Source: Gammaproteobacteria bacterium
Lineage (GTDB): Bacteria; Pseudomonadota; Gammaproteobacteria; Eutrophobiales; Eutrophobiaceae
Direction: 5' to 3'
DNA: 64,000 nt
NCBI GenBank assembly: GCA_965215365.1
Contig: CBDCDS010000003.1
Span: 512,001 to 576,000, forward strand
Numbering within the stretch: position 1 is the first letter of the stretch; every line of letters begins with the position of its first letter. The position numbers were made by a program, and so were the translations under genes. The notes below the pieces were generated by a model. It had not been told where the DNA came from, made no database searches, and was given only the letters and a program-made list of their open reading frames with translations. Below, piece by piece: positions 9,459-18,582 of the stretch.

Positions 9459-9918
9459 CGATGCCGATAGCGTCGTCTGTGGCGTGGATGACAAACAACC
9501 CTTGCTGTTCCGCATGTGCCTGTATGACCTCGTCCACGTTGAGGTACGCCACTGCCCCGTGGATCTTCTTTCCAACGAAGGGTGTCGCATGGGGCGGGAA
9601 CTTCTCCATGCTCTCAATAAAGAGTGCCAATAGCTCGGCGCACGAATCGAAGAACAGTTGTGTTACCACCACTTCTTTGTCGCCATAGGCTATGGGGTCA
9701 TCGTATCCAAAACTGACCCCGCCGGATGAACCGTGCATGCCACCTATGCCTCTAGGCAGAAACATGCCACGGGTAGCCATCAAAGCCTCGAGGTCTCCTT
9801 CCCTCAGGCTTTCTCTCAACAGATCTATCTCGGCCGGATAATTACATATTCTCCGCTCGTAATAGGTTGGTTTCACCCCCAAATCACTCGTCTTGAAATG
9901 TCTCTCAATTTTTTTCAT
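9400..9918 (-). CDS. Diverged coiled-coil nuclease paralog, copy B (probably inactive)
   Basis: ESLREGDLEALM, HGAVAYL and GLFVIHATDD..VN..FVPRDF align to copy A; the EVK motif is replaced by TQL. Confidence 0.6.
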   Translation of the reverse strand: MKKIERHFKTSDLGVKPTYYERRICNYPAEIDLLRESLREGDLEALMATRGMFLPRGIGGMHGSSGGVSFGYDDPIAYGDKEVVVTQLFFDSCAELLALFIESMEKFPPHATPFVGKKIHGAVAYLNVDEVIQAHAEQQGLFVIHATDDAIGIVNDARFVPRDFSSTRPVLS

Positions 9919-10023
9919 ACACTATTCCTCCCACTGGCGCTTAACAACACCAAAATTAACGCATATGCAATAGAAGGTAAAGAAAAATTTGCATACTTAA
10001 AAATTCCCCGGTAAGTTGTAATC

Positions 10024-11178
10024 ATGGAAGCGCAGCAGCCAAATATCCCTGTTGACGAGCAGGATGTTGAAGGTTTGGACACCCAAGGCGGCTCTTGGGG
10101 GGATTACCCCATTGATGCGCTCTTGATCCGGCATGAAACACGAACTGTCTTCGATGTTATACGGCGGATCGACAAAGGCAGTTACGTCATGGACCCTGAC
10201 TTCCAGCGAGATTTCATCTGGCCTGAGGATAAGCAAAGCAAACTCATCGAATCTGTGCTTATGCGGATTCCTCTGCCGGTCTTCTACTTGGCGGAGGACG
10301 GGGAAGGGCGTATGATAGTCGTAGATGGCCTGCAACGTCTGGCGACATTCAGGAACTTCACATCCGACGGTCTGAGACTACGCCTCCCGGACCGCCCCGA
10401 CCTGAATGGCAAAAAGTTCACCGACCTAGAGCCCAAATTCCAAAATCGCATCGAAGACTGTAACCTGATTTTTTACATCATTGATTCCAAAGCCCCTGAA
10501 CGCGCGCGCTTGGATATCTTTGATAGGGTCAACAGCGGTGTGCCGCTCAAGCCACAACAGATGCGCAACAGTTTGTTCATGGGGCCCGCAACTCTTTTTC
10601 TCAAAAATGAGGCAAAAACCGATATATTCCTGAAGGCGACAGGCGGGAGCCTGAATACAAAAACCATGCGCGACCGGGAATTTGTCAACCGCTTCTGTGC
10701 TTTCCAGCTATTGGGACCGGATAAGTACCGTGGCGATATGGATGTCTTTCTTGCGCGCTGCCTGCGCTACATGAACAGCATAAGTGAAACCGATTTGGCC
10801 CGGTTATCCACAGAATTGCGCAGGAGCCTTGCCAATAACTATTTGTTATTCAGACTACGAGCTTTCAGAAAGCACCCTTCGGAATTGCTTTGGCGAAGAG
10901 GCGTGCTCAACGCGTCGCTCTGGGACGTTATGTCCACCGGCCTGTCCCGTTACCCGGAAGCAAGCGTAAGCACTCATGCGAAACGCTTGAAGGAGGCTGT
11001 TCGTGATCTGTCTAAAGATGAGCGATTCAATGACGCAATCTCCATTGGCACAAACGATACCAGAAGGGTGAAGACCCGGTTCGATATGACGCGTGAAATT
11101 CTCGAGGATATTCTCGGTCCCCAAACAACCGGTTTTGCAACCGACCTGGTCGCTGATTCAGATTCAAATTTTTCTTAA
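10024..11178 (+). CDS. DUF262/ParB-like protein (Menshen NsnA-like)
   Basis: PDFQRDFIW, LIESVLMRIPLP, VVDGLQRL, IFDRVNSG. Confidence 0.85.
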   Translation: MEAQQPNIPVDEQDVEGLDTQGGSWGDYPIDALLIRHETRTVFDVIRRIDKGSYVMDPDFQRDFIWPEDKQSKLIESVLMRIPLPVFYLAEDGEGRMIVVDGLQRLATFRNFTSDGLRLRLPDRPDLNGKKFTDLEPKFQNRIEDCNLIFYIIDSKAPERARLDIFDRVNSGVPLKPQQMRNSLFMGPATLFLKNEAKTDIFLKATGGSLNTKTMRDREFVNRFCAFQLLGPDKYRGDMDVFLARCLRYMNSISETDLARLSTELRRSLANNYLLFRLRAFRKHPSELLWRRGVLNASLWDVMSTGLSRYPEASVSTHAKRLKEAVRDLSKDERFNDAISIGTNDTRRVKTRFDMTREILEDILGPQTTGFATDLVADSDSNFS

Positions 11179-11189
11179 GGAGGTTAAAC

Positions 11190-12347
11190 ATGCTTACAGG
11201 GATAGACCTGAAACATTTCAAATGCTTCAAGTTATTGAAGCTGCCGTTAACCCCCCTGACCTTGCTTACCGGCGCCAACGCCTCTGGCAAGTCATCGATC
11301 ATCCAGGCCTTGGCACTGCTGCATCAGACCATGCGGGGACATGAGTGGTCCAAGCGTCTAATGCTCAATGGCGACACAGTAAGGCTTGGCGCCGTAGTCG
11401 ATGTAATAGACAAGGTTTACGGACGCAACTCCTGCGCTCTTGCCCTGCTGGATCGCGCAGCATATTGCAGGTGGGAATTTGCCGGGGAGCGGCACGCTAT
11501 GTCGATGGCAGTAAAATATGTCGGTGTCAGTGGCGTCGAAGTCATTGAAGAACCGGAGCCAGAAATGCTGCACCACCTGTTGCCTGAGACGGCGCGTCAA
11601 TATACTCACGGGTTAATCGAGAGTCTGCTCGGGCTTACTTATCTCACTGCAGAGAGGTTGGGCCCGCGTGAATATTATCCGCTAGAAGACTTCCAACTTG
11701 CGCCTGTTGTCGGACCAAGAGGTGAGTATGCCGTGAGCGCGCTCTATTCTGGTGGTGATGAACACGTTCTTGATGAGTTAGTGGTCGAGGAGCAACCGCC
11801 GACGCGGTTGCGTCAGACAGTAGCAAGAATGAACCATTTCTTCCCAGGTTGTGATTTAATGATAAACAAGGTTCCAAACGCCAATGCTGTAACGTTAGGA
11901 CTTCGCACCTCCGGTGATGCGGATTTCCATCGGCCTGTTCATACGGGATTCGGGTTGACCCAAGTACTCCCGATTATTGTAGCGGCCCTGTCCGCAGGGA
12001 AGGATAATTTGCTGTTAATCGAGAACCCAGAAGTACACCTCCACCCCGCAGGACAAGCAATGATGGGTGAATTTCTGGCCGAAGTAGCCGCGGCCGGCGC
12101 GCAGGTCATTCTGGAAACCCATAGCGACCATATATTGAATGGGGTCAGAAAAGCAGTGAGGAAGAAAAAATTATCCCCCGACGCCGTTGCCCTGCATTTT
12201 TTCCTGCCGCGCCAGGAGTGTGAAGAAAAAGGCGCTGCACAGGTACAAAGTCCGGTTATGGACACAGATGGAAATATCGATACTTGGCCGGATGGTTTTT
12301 TTGACCAGTTCGACAAGGACATGAACTACTTCGCTGGGTGGGGTTGA
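11190..12347 (+). CDS. AAA_21/DUF3696 ABC-type ATPase (Menshen NsnB-like)
   Basis: Walker A GANASGKS, GFGLTQVLP, LLIENPEVHLHP, ETHSDH, WPDGFFDQ. Confidence 0.85.
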   Translation: MLTGIDLKHFKCFKLLKLPLTPLTLLTGANASGKSSIIQALALLHQTMRGHEWSKRLMLNGDTVRLGAVVDVIDKVYGRNSCALALLDRAAYCRWEFAGERHAMSMAVKYVGVSGVEVIEEPEPEMLHHLLPETARQYTHGLIESLLGLTYLTAERLGPREYYPLEDFQLAPVVGPRGEYAVSALYSGGDEHVLDELVVEEQPPTRLRQTVARMNHFFPGCDLMINKVPNANAVTLGLRTSGDADFHRPVHTGFGLTQVLPIIVAALSAGKDNLLLIENPEVHLHPAGQAMMGEFLAEVAAAGAQVILETHSDHILNGVRKAVRKKKLSPDAVALHFFLPRQECEEKGAAQVQSPVMDTDGNIDTWPDGFFDQFDKDMNYFAGWG

Positions 12348-12348
12348 C

Positions 12349-13311
12349 ATGGAGCTGTTCGCAAATGATCTTTCAATTCACCGACAATTTCGTGACATAT
12401 CATCGTTTCGTAAATCGTTGCAGGGACTTATGGATATGCGTGCCACTGCGAAGCGTTTCAGCCGGGAGGTATATTGCCATCGGGCGTTCTTGAATGCTGA
12501 GCCATTGCCTGGAGTGCCGATGCAACAAGCCTTGGGGCAACTTCGCGAAAGCGAACGGCGAGCCACGATCAATTGGCTGACGCGTGGTGGTCCCTTTTGG
12601 GATGATTATCGTCTCCACAGCGGCGACGACTGGTTGGAATGCCGAGGGGAAGTGGTAACTGACTCAGCCATAGGAGAAGCAGCGTATCGCAAACTTCACA
12701 ATGATGCTGAGAGTGGTTTGGTCAGCGTAACCCCATCCAAATGGAATTCCTCTCCCGTGGAAGTAATTTGGAGGCGGGAGGGCGAGGGGTTCGAAGACCA
12801 AAACACAGCACTCGAAAATTGGTGGGATGTCACTGCACTGGAAAACAATTTGCAGAATGCCCCGCTACCGATCAGGTCGTGGGATGATTTGCAATCGGCC
12901 TCAATCAGCCGCTTTCAAAGGCTGACTTTTGCTGGCGATTGCTTTGAGCCACTTTCCGGAGTTCCGTTCGCGAAGAGTTCGATGGAACGCATACTTGAAC
13001 TTTTCAAGACACTAAATCGCTATGCAAGCGCCTTTGATGCGGCTGGCAAACGCACCCCCGAAGGTCAACAGACTTACCAGAACTTCTTCACAGGGGGCGA
13101 GAACGCGTTGTTTTCCGATTCGACTGATCGAGAGAAAAGGGATTTTCGTAATGAGTTGACCTTCAAGCATCCGGACGACCCTGAAAAATCCTTGTTTTGT
13201 CCGTGGCATGGCAAGGAACGCCACAAAGTTTTGCGGTTACATTTTTCCTGGCCCATCCGGTTCCGTGAACCGGTTTATGTTGTATATGTCGGTCCGAAAA
13301 TTACCAGATAG
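12349..13311 (+). CDS. Hypothetical protein, putative effector (Menshen NsnC-like)
   Basis: Third tightly spaced gene of the DUF262-DUF3696 operon; C-terminal WHGK..RLHFSWP..YVVYVGPK. Confidence 0.55.
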   Translation: MELFANDLSIHRQFRDISSFRKSLQGLMDMRATAKRFSREVYCHRAFLNAEPLPGVPMQQALGQLRESERRATINWLTRGGPFWDDYRLHSGDDWLECRGEVVTDSAIGEAAYRKLHNDAESGLVSVTPSKWNSSPVEVIWRREGEGFEDQNTALENWWDVTALENNLQNAPLPIRSWDDLQSASISRFQRLTFAGDCFEPLSGVPFAKSSMERILELFKTLNRYASAFDAAGKRTPEGQQTYQNFFTGGENALFSDSTDREKRDFRNELTFKHPDDPEKSLFCPWHGKERHKVLRLHFSWPIRFREPVYVVYVGPKITR

Positions 13312-13344
13312 TAAGACAGGCATGCTCCCCTCCATCGAAATAAG

Positions 13345-13575
13345 GAAAAGATTCGCGCGGGTAATTCCAACATTCGCAATCCGATTCTTGTTTCCTATGT
13401 AGCCAAGGGCCTGCTCCCGTATCACGGCCTTGGTTCCGGTATCAAACGCGCCCTAGAAGCATGGCCGCATATCGATTTCACGGATGACCGGGACGCTTGC
13501 CTGTTTACCGTAACCGTTCACCGCAAACAGGCAGCACTCACCCAAACACCCGCGGCACAAACCCCTCCTCATTAA
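13345..13575 (+). pseudogene. 3' fragment of a second AlbA/HATPase_c_4 gene
   Basis: Manual translation EKIRAGNSNIRNPILVSYVAKGLLPYHGLGSGIKRALEAWPHIDFTDDRDACLFTVTVHR; no start codon. Confidence 0.7.
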
Positions 13576-14245
13576 CGATACTGGCGCTGTCGCCGGTGGC
13601 GCGGATGGCAAACAAGCCCTGGCGGATGACATTCCGTTGCACGCTCTCATCGGCCTTGAGATACGCCATGGCACCATGAATGACCTTGCCCTTGTAGTCC
13701 GGGAAACAGGTGGTAAATTCCGTCAGGTCTTCAAGGAAGTCCTTGACCCCCTCCGGGTGCAGCGTGGTTTTGACTTCCACGACCACCACCTGTTCACCGT
13801 TAATCGCCAAGATGTCGTACTCATAGTTTTTGCCGTCATTGAGACGATTGATACGACCGAGGCGGCGGCTTTTGGTCTTTTGCACAGGGATGCCCCGGTC
13901 TTGCAGCATGGCGACCAAGTCGCCTTCCACCAGGCTTTCCATGAACGCCCCCCACTGGTTATCGAACGTGCCTTGCAACTGCTTCATGCGCCGGTCGGTA
14001 TATTTCATCTCCTGGTAAGTTTCCTGCATCAGTTGCTCAGTCTCCTTCATGCGCCGATCGGCTTCCCGGGCATTTTCCTTCATGCGCCGATCGGCTTCCC
14101 GGGCATTCTCTTTTATAAGCCGCTCAGTTTCCCGGGCATTCTCTTTTATAAGCCGCTCAGTCTCCTTCTGCATCTCGGCCAATTCCTGCAAGCTGGCCCA
14201 GACCGTTTCAAACGTAGCGGGTTTACGCGGTAATTGTTTTTCCAT
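13538..14245 (-). CDS. Coiled-coil + PD-(D/E)XK protein, copy C
   Basis: Near-identical to copy A, with 11-aa KENARE(T/A)(E/D)R(LI/RM) repeats. Confidence 0.75.
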   Translation of the reverse strand: MEKQLPRKPATFETVWASLQELAEMQKETERLIKENARETERLIKENAREADRRMKENAREADRRMKETEQLMQETYQEMKYTDRRMKQLQGTFDNQWGAFMESLVEGDLVAMLQDRGIPVQKTKSRRLGRINRLNDGKNYEYDILAINGEQVVVVEVKTTLHPEGVKDFLEDLTEFTTCFPDYKGKVIHGAMAYLKADESVQRNVIRQGLFAIRATGDSASIVNEEGFVPRVFG

Positions 14246-14504
14246 GACAGATTCCTCCTTATCGGTTTGGTTGATAGTTAACAGCAGCAGCCGGCCATGG
14301 ACAGCCGGCTCGTAACAATACTAATGTACACGGGGTGAAAAAGCAAAGGGAAACTCCAGAGTCCGAAAGTCCTGCTGTTCCGCCTCTCAATAAAGTGCGT
14401 TTCGACGTTGTATAAGCATATCAAGCACCAATAAGAAGTCAGGCCGTTGCTTACTTGATTGCGCGCCCTGCTGCGCCGGATCAACGTTAACGGCTGCGTA
14501 ATGC

Positions 14505-15179
14505 TCACCCAAACACCCGCGGCACAAACCCCTCCTCATTAACGATACTGGCACTGTCGCCGGTGGCGCGGATGGCAAACAAGCCCTGGCGGATGACATT
14601 CCGTTGCACGCTCTCATCGGTCTTGAGATACGCCATGGCGCCATGAATGACCTTGCCCTTGTAGTCCGGGAAACAGGTGGTAAATTCCGTCAGGTCTTCA
14701 AGGAAGTCCTTGACCCCCTCCGGGTGCAGCGTGGTTTTGACTTCCACGACCACCACCTGTTCACCGTTAATCGCCAAGATGTCGTACTCATAGTTTTTGC
14801 CGTCATTGAGACGATTGATACGACCGAGGCGGCGGCTTTTGGTCTTTTGCACAGGGATGCCCCGGTCTTGCAGCATGGCGACCAAGTCGCCTTCCACCAG
14901 GCTTTCCATGAACGCCCCCCACTGGTTATCGAACGTGCCTTGCAACTGCTTCATGCGCCGGTCGGTATATTTCATCTCCTGGTAGGTTTCCTTCATCAGT
15001 TGCTCAGTCTCCTTCATGCGCCGGTCAGTTTCCCGGGCATTTTCTTTCATGCGCCGGTCAGTTTCCCGGGCATTCTCTTTTATAAGCCGCTCAGTCTCCT
15101 TCTGCATCTCGGCCAATTCCTGCAAGCTGGCCCAGACCGTTTCAAACGTAGCGGGTTTACGCGGCAATTGTTTTTCCAT
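14505..15179 (-). CDS. Coiled-coil + PD-(D/E)XK protein, copy D
   Basis: As copy C with one fewer 11-aa repeat (224 vs 235 aa). Confidence 0.75.
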   Translation of the reverse strand: MEKQLPRKPATFETVWASLQELAEMQKETERLIKENARETDRRMKENARETDRRMKETEQLMKETYQEMKYTDRRMKQLQGTFDNQWGAFMESLVEGDLVAMLQDRGIPVQKTKSRRLGRINRLNDGKNYEYDILAINGEQVVVVEVKTTLHPEGVKDFLEDLTEFTTCFPDYKGKVIHGAMAYLKTDESVQRNVIRQGLFAIRATGDSASIVNEEGFVPRVFG

Positions 15180-15305
15180 GACAGATTCCTCCTTATCGAA
15201 TTTGGTTGATAGTTAACAGCAGCAGCCGGCCATGGACAGCCGGCTCGTAACAATACTAATGTACACGGGGTGGCGAGGTAAAGAGGAAATTTACAAATAC
15301 AGCGC

Positions 15306-16190
15306 TCACTCAAACACCCGCGGCACAAACCCCTCCTCATTAACGATACTGGCGCTGTCGCCGGTGGCGCGGATGACGAACAGGCCCTGGCGTTCTGCAT
15401 GTGTTTTGGCAGCCTTGCTGGTTTTGAGGTAGGCCATCGCCCCGTAAATCGTCTTGCCCCGATGTTCCGGTTCGTAATACGTGTATTTGAGCAGTTTTTT
15501 CAGAAAGTGCTTGATGTCCGCCGCACACAAGGTGGTCTTCACTTCCACCACCACCACTTCTACCCCGTTAATCGCCACAATGTCAAACTCGAAGTCCTCG
15601 CCGTTGCGCTTGCCATAAGGCCTGGGATGGATGCGATCTACCAGAATATCCCGGCGTTGCAGCAGGGCTACGAGGTCACCCTCGACCAGGCTTTCCATGA
15701 AGTCACCCCAACGGTTGTCAAACCGGCCTTGCATCCTGTTCAGGCTTTTGTCCAGGCGCTGATCAGCCTCTTTCATCTGCCGGTCGGAGTCACGGGTCAT
15801 TTTGTCCAGGCGCCGGTCGGTCTCTTTCATCTGCCGGTCGGAGTCACGGGTCATTTTGTCCAGGCGCCGGTCGGTCTCTTTCATCTGCTGGCTGGTCTCT
15901 TTCATCTGCTGGCTGGTCTCTTTCATCTGCTGGCTGGTCTCTTTCATCTGCTGGCTGGTCTCTTTCATCTGCTGGCTGGTCTCTTTCATCTGCTGGCTGG
16001 TCTCCTTCACCAGCCGGTCGGTTTCCTTCACCAGCCGGTCAGTGTCCTTCATGCGCCGGTCAGTGTCCTTCATCTGCTGGCTGGTCTCCTTCACCACCCG
16101 CTCAGTCTCCTTCTGCATCTCGGCCAATTCCTGCAAGCTGGCCCAGACCGTTTCAAACGTAGCGGGTTTACGCGGCAATTGTTTTTCCAT
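15306..16190 (-). CDS. Coiled-coil + PD-(D/E)XK protein, copy E
   Basis: Same N- and C-termini as C/D, different nuclease core (EFDIVAINGVEVVVVEVK), long heptad array. Confidence 0.75.
   Translation of the reverse strand: MEKQLPRKPATFETVWASLQELAEMQKETERVVKETSQQMKDTDRRMKDTDRLVKETDRLVKETSQQMKETSQQMKETSQQMKETSQQMKETSQQMKETSQQMKETDRRLDKMTRDSDRQMKETDRRLDKMTRDSDRQMKEADQRLDKSLNRMQGRFDNRWGDFMESLVEGDLVALLQRRDILVDRIHPRPYGKRNGEDFEFDIVAINGVEVVVVEVKTTLCAADIKHFLKKLLKYTYYEPEHRGKTIYGAMAYLKTSKAAKTHAERQGLFVIRATGDSASIVNEEGFVPRVFE
15769..16002. repeat. In-frame tandem repeats: 54 nt x2 and 21 nt x6
   Basis: tctttcatctgctggctggtc x6 (15877-16002, KETSQQM); 54-nt unit x2 (15769-15876). Confidence 0.9.
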
Positions 16191-16296
16191 GACAGATTCC
16201 TCCTTATCGGTTTGGTTGATAGTTAACAGCAGCAGCCGGCCATGGACAGCCGGCTCGTAACAATACTAATGTACACGGGGTGAAAAAGCAAAGGGA

Positions 16297-17428
16297 TGTC
16301 CAGGTTCAATACATATGAGACTCAGAGGCAGGCTGTGTGAGTTGTTGATAATACTCCATTGGGGTTAATAAACCAATACCGTTATGCGGGCGGTAGGTAT
16401 TGTAGTATTGCTGATACTCTGCCAGTTTGCGGTTGATGGCGGCCACGGTCAGTGGACCCTCGTAGAACGGATAGAACTCATAGCGGCTGGTGGCGTTGGC
16501 GCGTTCTACACAGCCGTTGTATTCGGGTTTTTTCGGGGGCAGCACGTACAGGGGGATTCCTAAGTCCTGGCAAGCCTGCTCGAACTCATCTCGGAACTCC
16601 GAGCCGCCATCGACCTGGATAGAACGGATGGGAAACGGCGCCTCACCGAGCAGCGCTTTTAAGAAGCGCCGGGCATTGCCACTGGTGGCCCGACTGTAGG
16701 CTCGCAGCGCACTCCATTTGCTCACCGGACAGACGGCCTTGAACTCCTTCACCGTGATGCCGTCCGTGAAGCCGACACTCATGTGGTCTATCTGCATCAA
16801 CTCCCCTGGCGCCTTAGCCTTCATCCCGTAGCGCCAGCGCTTGGCATGATGGGTAAACGCCCGGCGGCGCTTAGGCTTCACCCGGCCATAGTAAAACGCC
16901 ACCGGCTTGACCCGACCCAGCCGCACCAGCTTCGCCACGATGCGCCCGACCGTACTCTCGCTCAAAGTCCAGCCCTGCTCGCGCACCCCCACCCGCCAGA
17001 GCTTACGCTTACCCCATAACGGATAACGTTGGCGAAGGTGCAAGACCTGCTGCTCGTGCTGGCGCGTCCATTGCGGCACACGCCGCCGCCGCGGCGCACG
17101 AGAGCCACACCCCAGACCCTTCAGCCCATGTTCACGATACCGCTTCAACCAACGGTAGTAGGTCGCCCTCGACCAACCTACTGCTGCCAGTGCCGTCGCC
17201 TCACCACACCCATCCTCGCGTAACGTCGCAACCAATTCCAACTGCTTCAAACGACCGCGCGCGTCAGCATCGGTAGTATCATCGACGCGCCAACTGCGAT
17301 ATGATTTCACCCGCAGGCTTTTGATCTGCATCGGGTAGTCCTCCTGTGTCAATTAGTTGAGATTAATTCACACACAGACTACCCGATTTCTTTATCTAAA
17401 GAGTCTCACTTGTTTCTGAACCCGGACA
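16297..17428 (-). mobile_element. IS481-family insertion sequence (1132 bp)
   Basis: TGT...ACA termini with imperfect IRs (TGTCCAGGTTCA / TGAACCCGGACA); single HTH + DDE ORF; no TSD seen. Confidence 0.85.
16306..17331 (-). CDS. IS481-family DDE transposase
   Basis: SRATYYRW HTH; ELMQID, IQVDGGSEF and NGCVER catalytic motifs; YNTYRPH. Confidence 0.9.
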   Translation of the reverse strand: MQIKSLRVKSYRSWRVDDTTDADARGRLKQLELVATLREDGCGEATALAAVGWSRATYYRWLKRYREHGLKGLGCGSRAPRRRRVPQWTRQHEQQVLHLRQRYPLWGKRKLWRVGVREQGWTLSESTVGRIVAKLVRLGRVKPVAFYYGRVKPKRRRAFTHHAKRWRYGMKAKAPGELMQIDHMSVGFTDGITVKEFKAVCPVSKWSALRAYSRATSGNARRFLKALLGEAPFPIRSIQVDGGSEFRDEFEQACQDLGIPLYVLPPKKPEYNGCVERANATSRYEFYPFYEGPLTVAAINRKLAEYQQYYNTYRPHNGIGLLTPMEYYQQLTQPASESHMY

Positions 17429-17435
17429 TCATGAC

Positions 17436-17789
17436 ATGCTGATCATGACCGAAGAAACCTTTGCGCCGATATTGCCGGTGATGGCCTTCGACACCGATGA
17501 GCAGGCTGTGGAACTGGCCAATGATACGATCTTCGGCCTGTCTGCGGCCGTGTTTGCCAACGAGGCCGAGCGCGCCCGGGGTATCGCCGCCAGACTGGAG
17601 GCCGGCGCAGTCAGTATTAACGACGCAGCTTTGACCAGCGTTATGCACGAAGGTGAGAAGCAGGCATTCAAGGCCTCCGGCATGGGCGGCTCACGCATGG
17701 GGCCGGCTTCCATCAACCGTTTTCTGCGGGCCAAGGCGCTGCTTGAGAATACTCAAGGGGCTTGGGACCCGTGGTGGTTCCCCACTTAG
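17436..17789 (+). pseudogene. Aldehyde dehydrogenase C-terminal fragment
   Basis: EETFAPILPV, LANDTIFGLSAAVF and GAVSIND motifs; 5' part absent at the IS edge. Confidence 0.85.
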
Positions 17790-17802
17790 CGTTGTGCAAG
17801 CC

Positions 17803-18105
17803 TCACCACTGCCTACCGCCCACCCAGCTACCGACTACGCCTTTGAACTCCTGTATGCGGACTTCCTGCCAGAGACCGGCCTGGTAGTAGGGGTCGGCCT
17901 GGAGCATGGCGGTCGCCTCGGCAACACTGTCCACCTCGAAGATCAGCAAGCTGGCCACCGGCTCTGCACCAGCGGCTCCCATGACCGGCCCGGCCACCTT
18001 GATCCGGTCCTCAATGGTTTCAATATGCCGCAGATGCTCTTGCAACCCGCGCCGGCGGATGTCAGCGCCTCCTTGTACATCTTTGCAATAAACAGATACC
18101 AGCAT
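17803..18105 (-). CDS. YciI family protein
   Basis: R..L.EHLRH, VAGP, ADPYYQAGLW. Confidence 0.85.
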   Translation of the reverse strand: MLVSVYCKDVQGGADIRRRGLQEHLRHIETIEDRIKVAGPVMGAAGAEPVASLLIFEVDSVAEATAMLQADPYYQAGLWQEVRIQEFKGVVGSWVGGRQW

Positions 18106-18121
18106 GATGCCCCCTGTCGAT

Positions 18122-18345
18122 TTATCTGTATTGGAAAAACAAGGCCGGACTGAGGTTAAATCGCTTGCTCAAGGCTTCAATGTGATCGCGTGTAAGACGA
18201 CGCTCACCGCGTAATATCCTGGATACCAGCGATTTGCTGCCAATTTCAGGCAGATCCGCCATGCCGAGTCGGTGTTGTTCCATAATGACTTTCAGCGTCG
18301 CTATGCCACTATCAAGCTTTTTAACTTGCTCATTAAACAACTTGA
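18122..18345 (-). pseudogene. HigA-type HTH antitoxin, C-terminal fragment
   Basis: LKVIMEQHRLGMADLPEIGSKSLVSRILRGERRLTRDHIEALSKRFNLSPALF. Confidence 0.75.
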
Positions 18346-18350
18346 ACTGA

Positions 18351-18548
18351 ATGCCGCCGAACCTGCGCCGGGCACACCAGACCCTCGACCGCGCCATAGA
18401 CCGCCTCTACCGTCACTCAGGCTTCGCCTCCGAACGCGAACGCGTCGAACACCTGTTCATGCTTTATGAGAAAATGCGGGTGCCGCCGGAAGTTAGTGTG
18501 AACGATAATTCGAAGCGGCATCGAGCAAGACATCCTTTAACAGAATAA
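18351..18548 (+). pseudogene. C-terminal remnant of an MmeI-like type IIL restriction-modification enzyme
   Basis: MPPNLRRAHQTLDRAIDRLYR..F.SERERVEHLFMLYEKM resembles the MmeI-family terminal helix motif. Confidence 0.7.
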
Positions 18549-18582
18549 GGCTACGATAAGGTAACCCCTAAAAAGGGGCATT

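Noticed and set aside
15769-16090. Regular short repeats resembling a CRISPR array
   Set aside because: Units are contiguous, multiples of 3 and in frame within a coiled coil; there are no unique spacers or cas genes.
13538-16190. Diversity-generating retroelement TR/VR pairs among near-identical genes
   Set aside because: No reverse transcriptase in the window; differences are repeat-number changes and segment swaps, not adenine-specific substitutions.
6524-16296. Classical integron cassette array
   Set aside because: No IntI tyrosine recombinase and no attC-like RYYYAAC..GTTRRRY hairpins recognised at the boundaries.
17284-17331. Transposase N-terminus MQIKSLRVKSYRSW resembles the start of ABC/SMC-type ATPases
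   Set aside because: Similarity covers only ~14 aa with no Walker A; the same start is present in the 22088 fragment, so it appears intrinsic to the IS.
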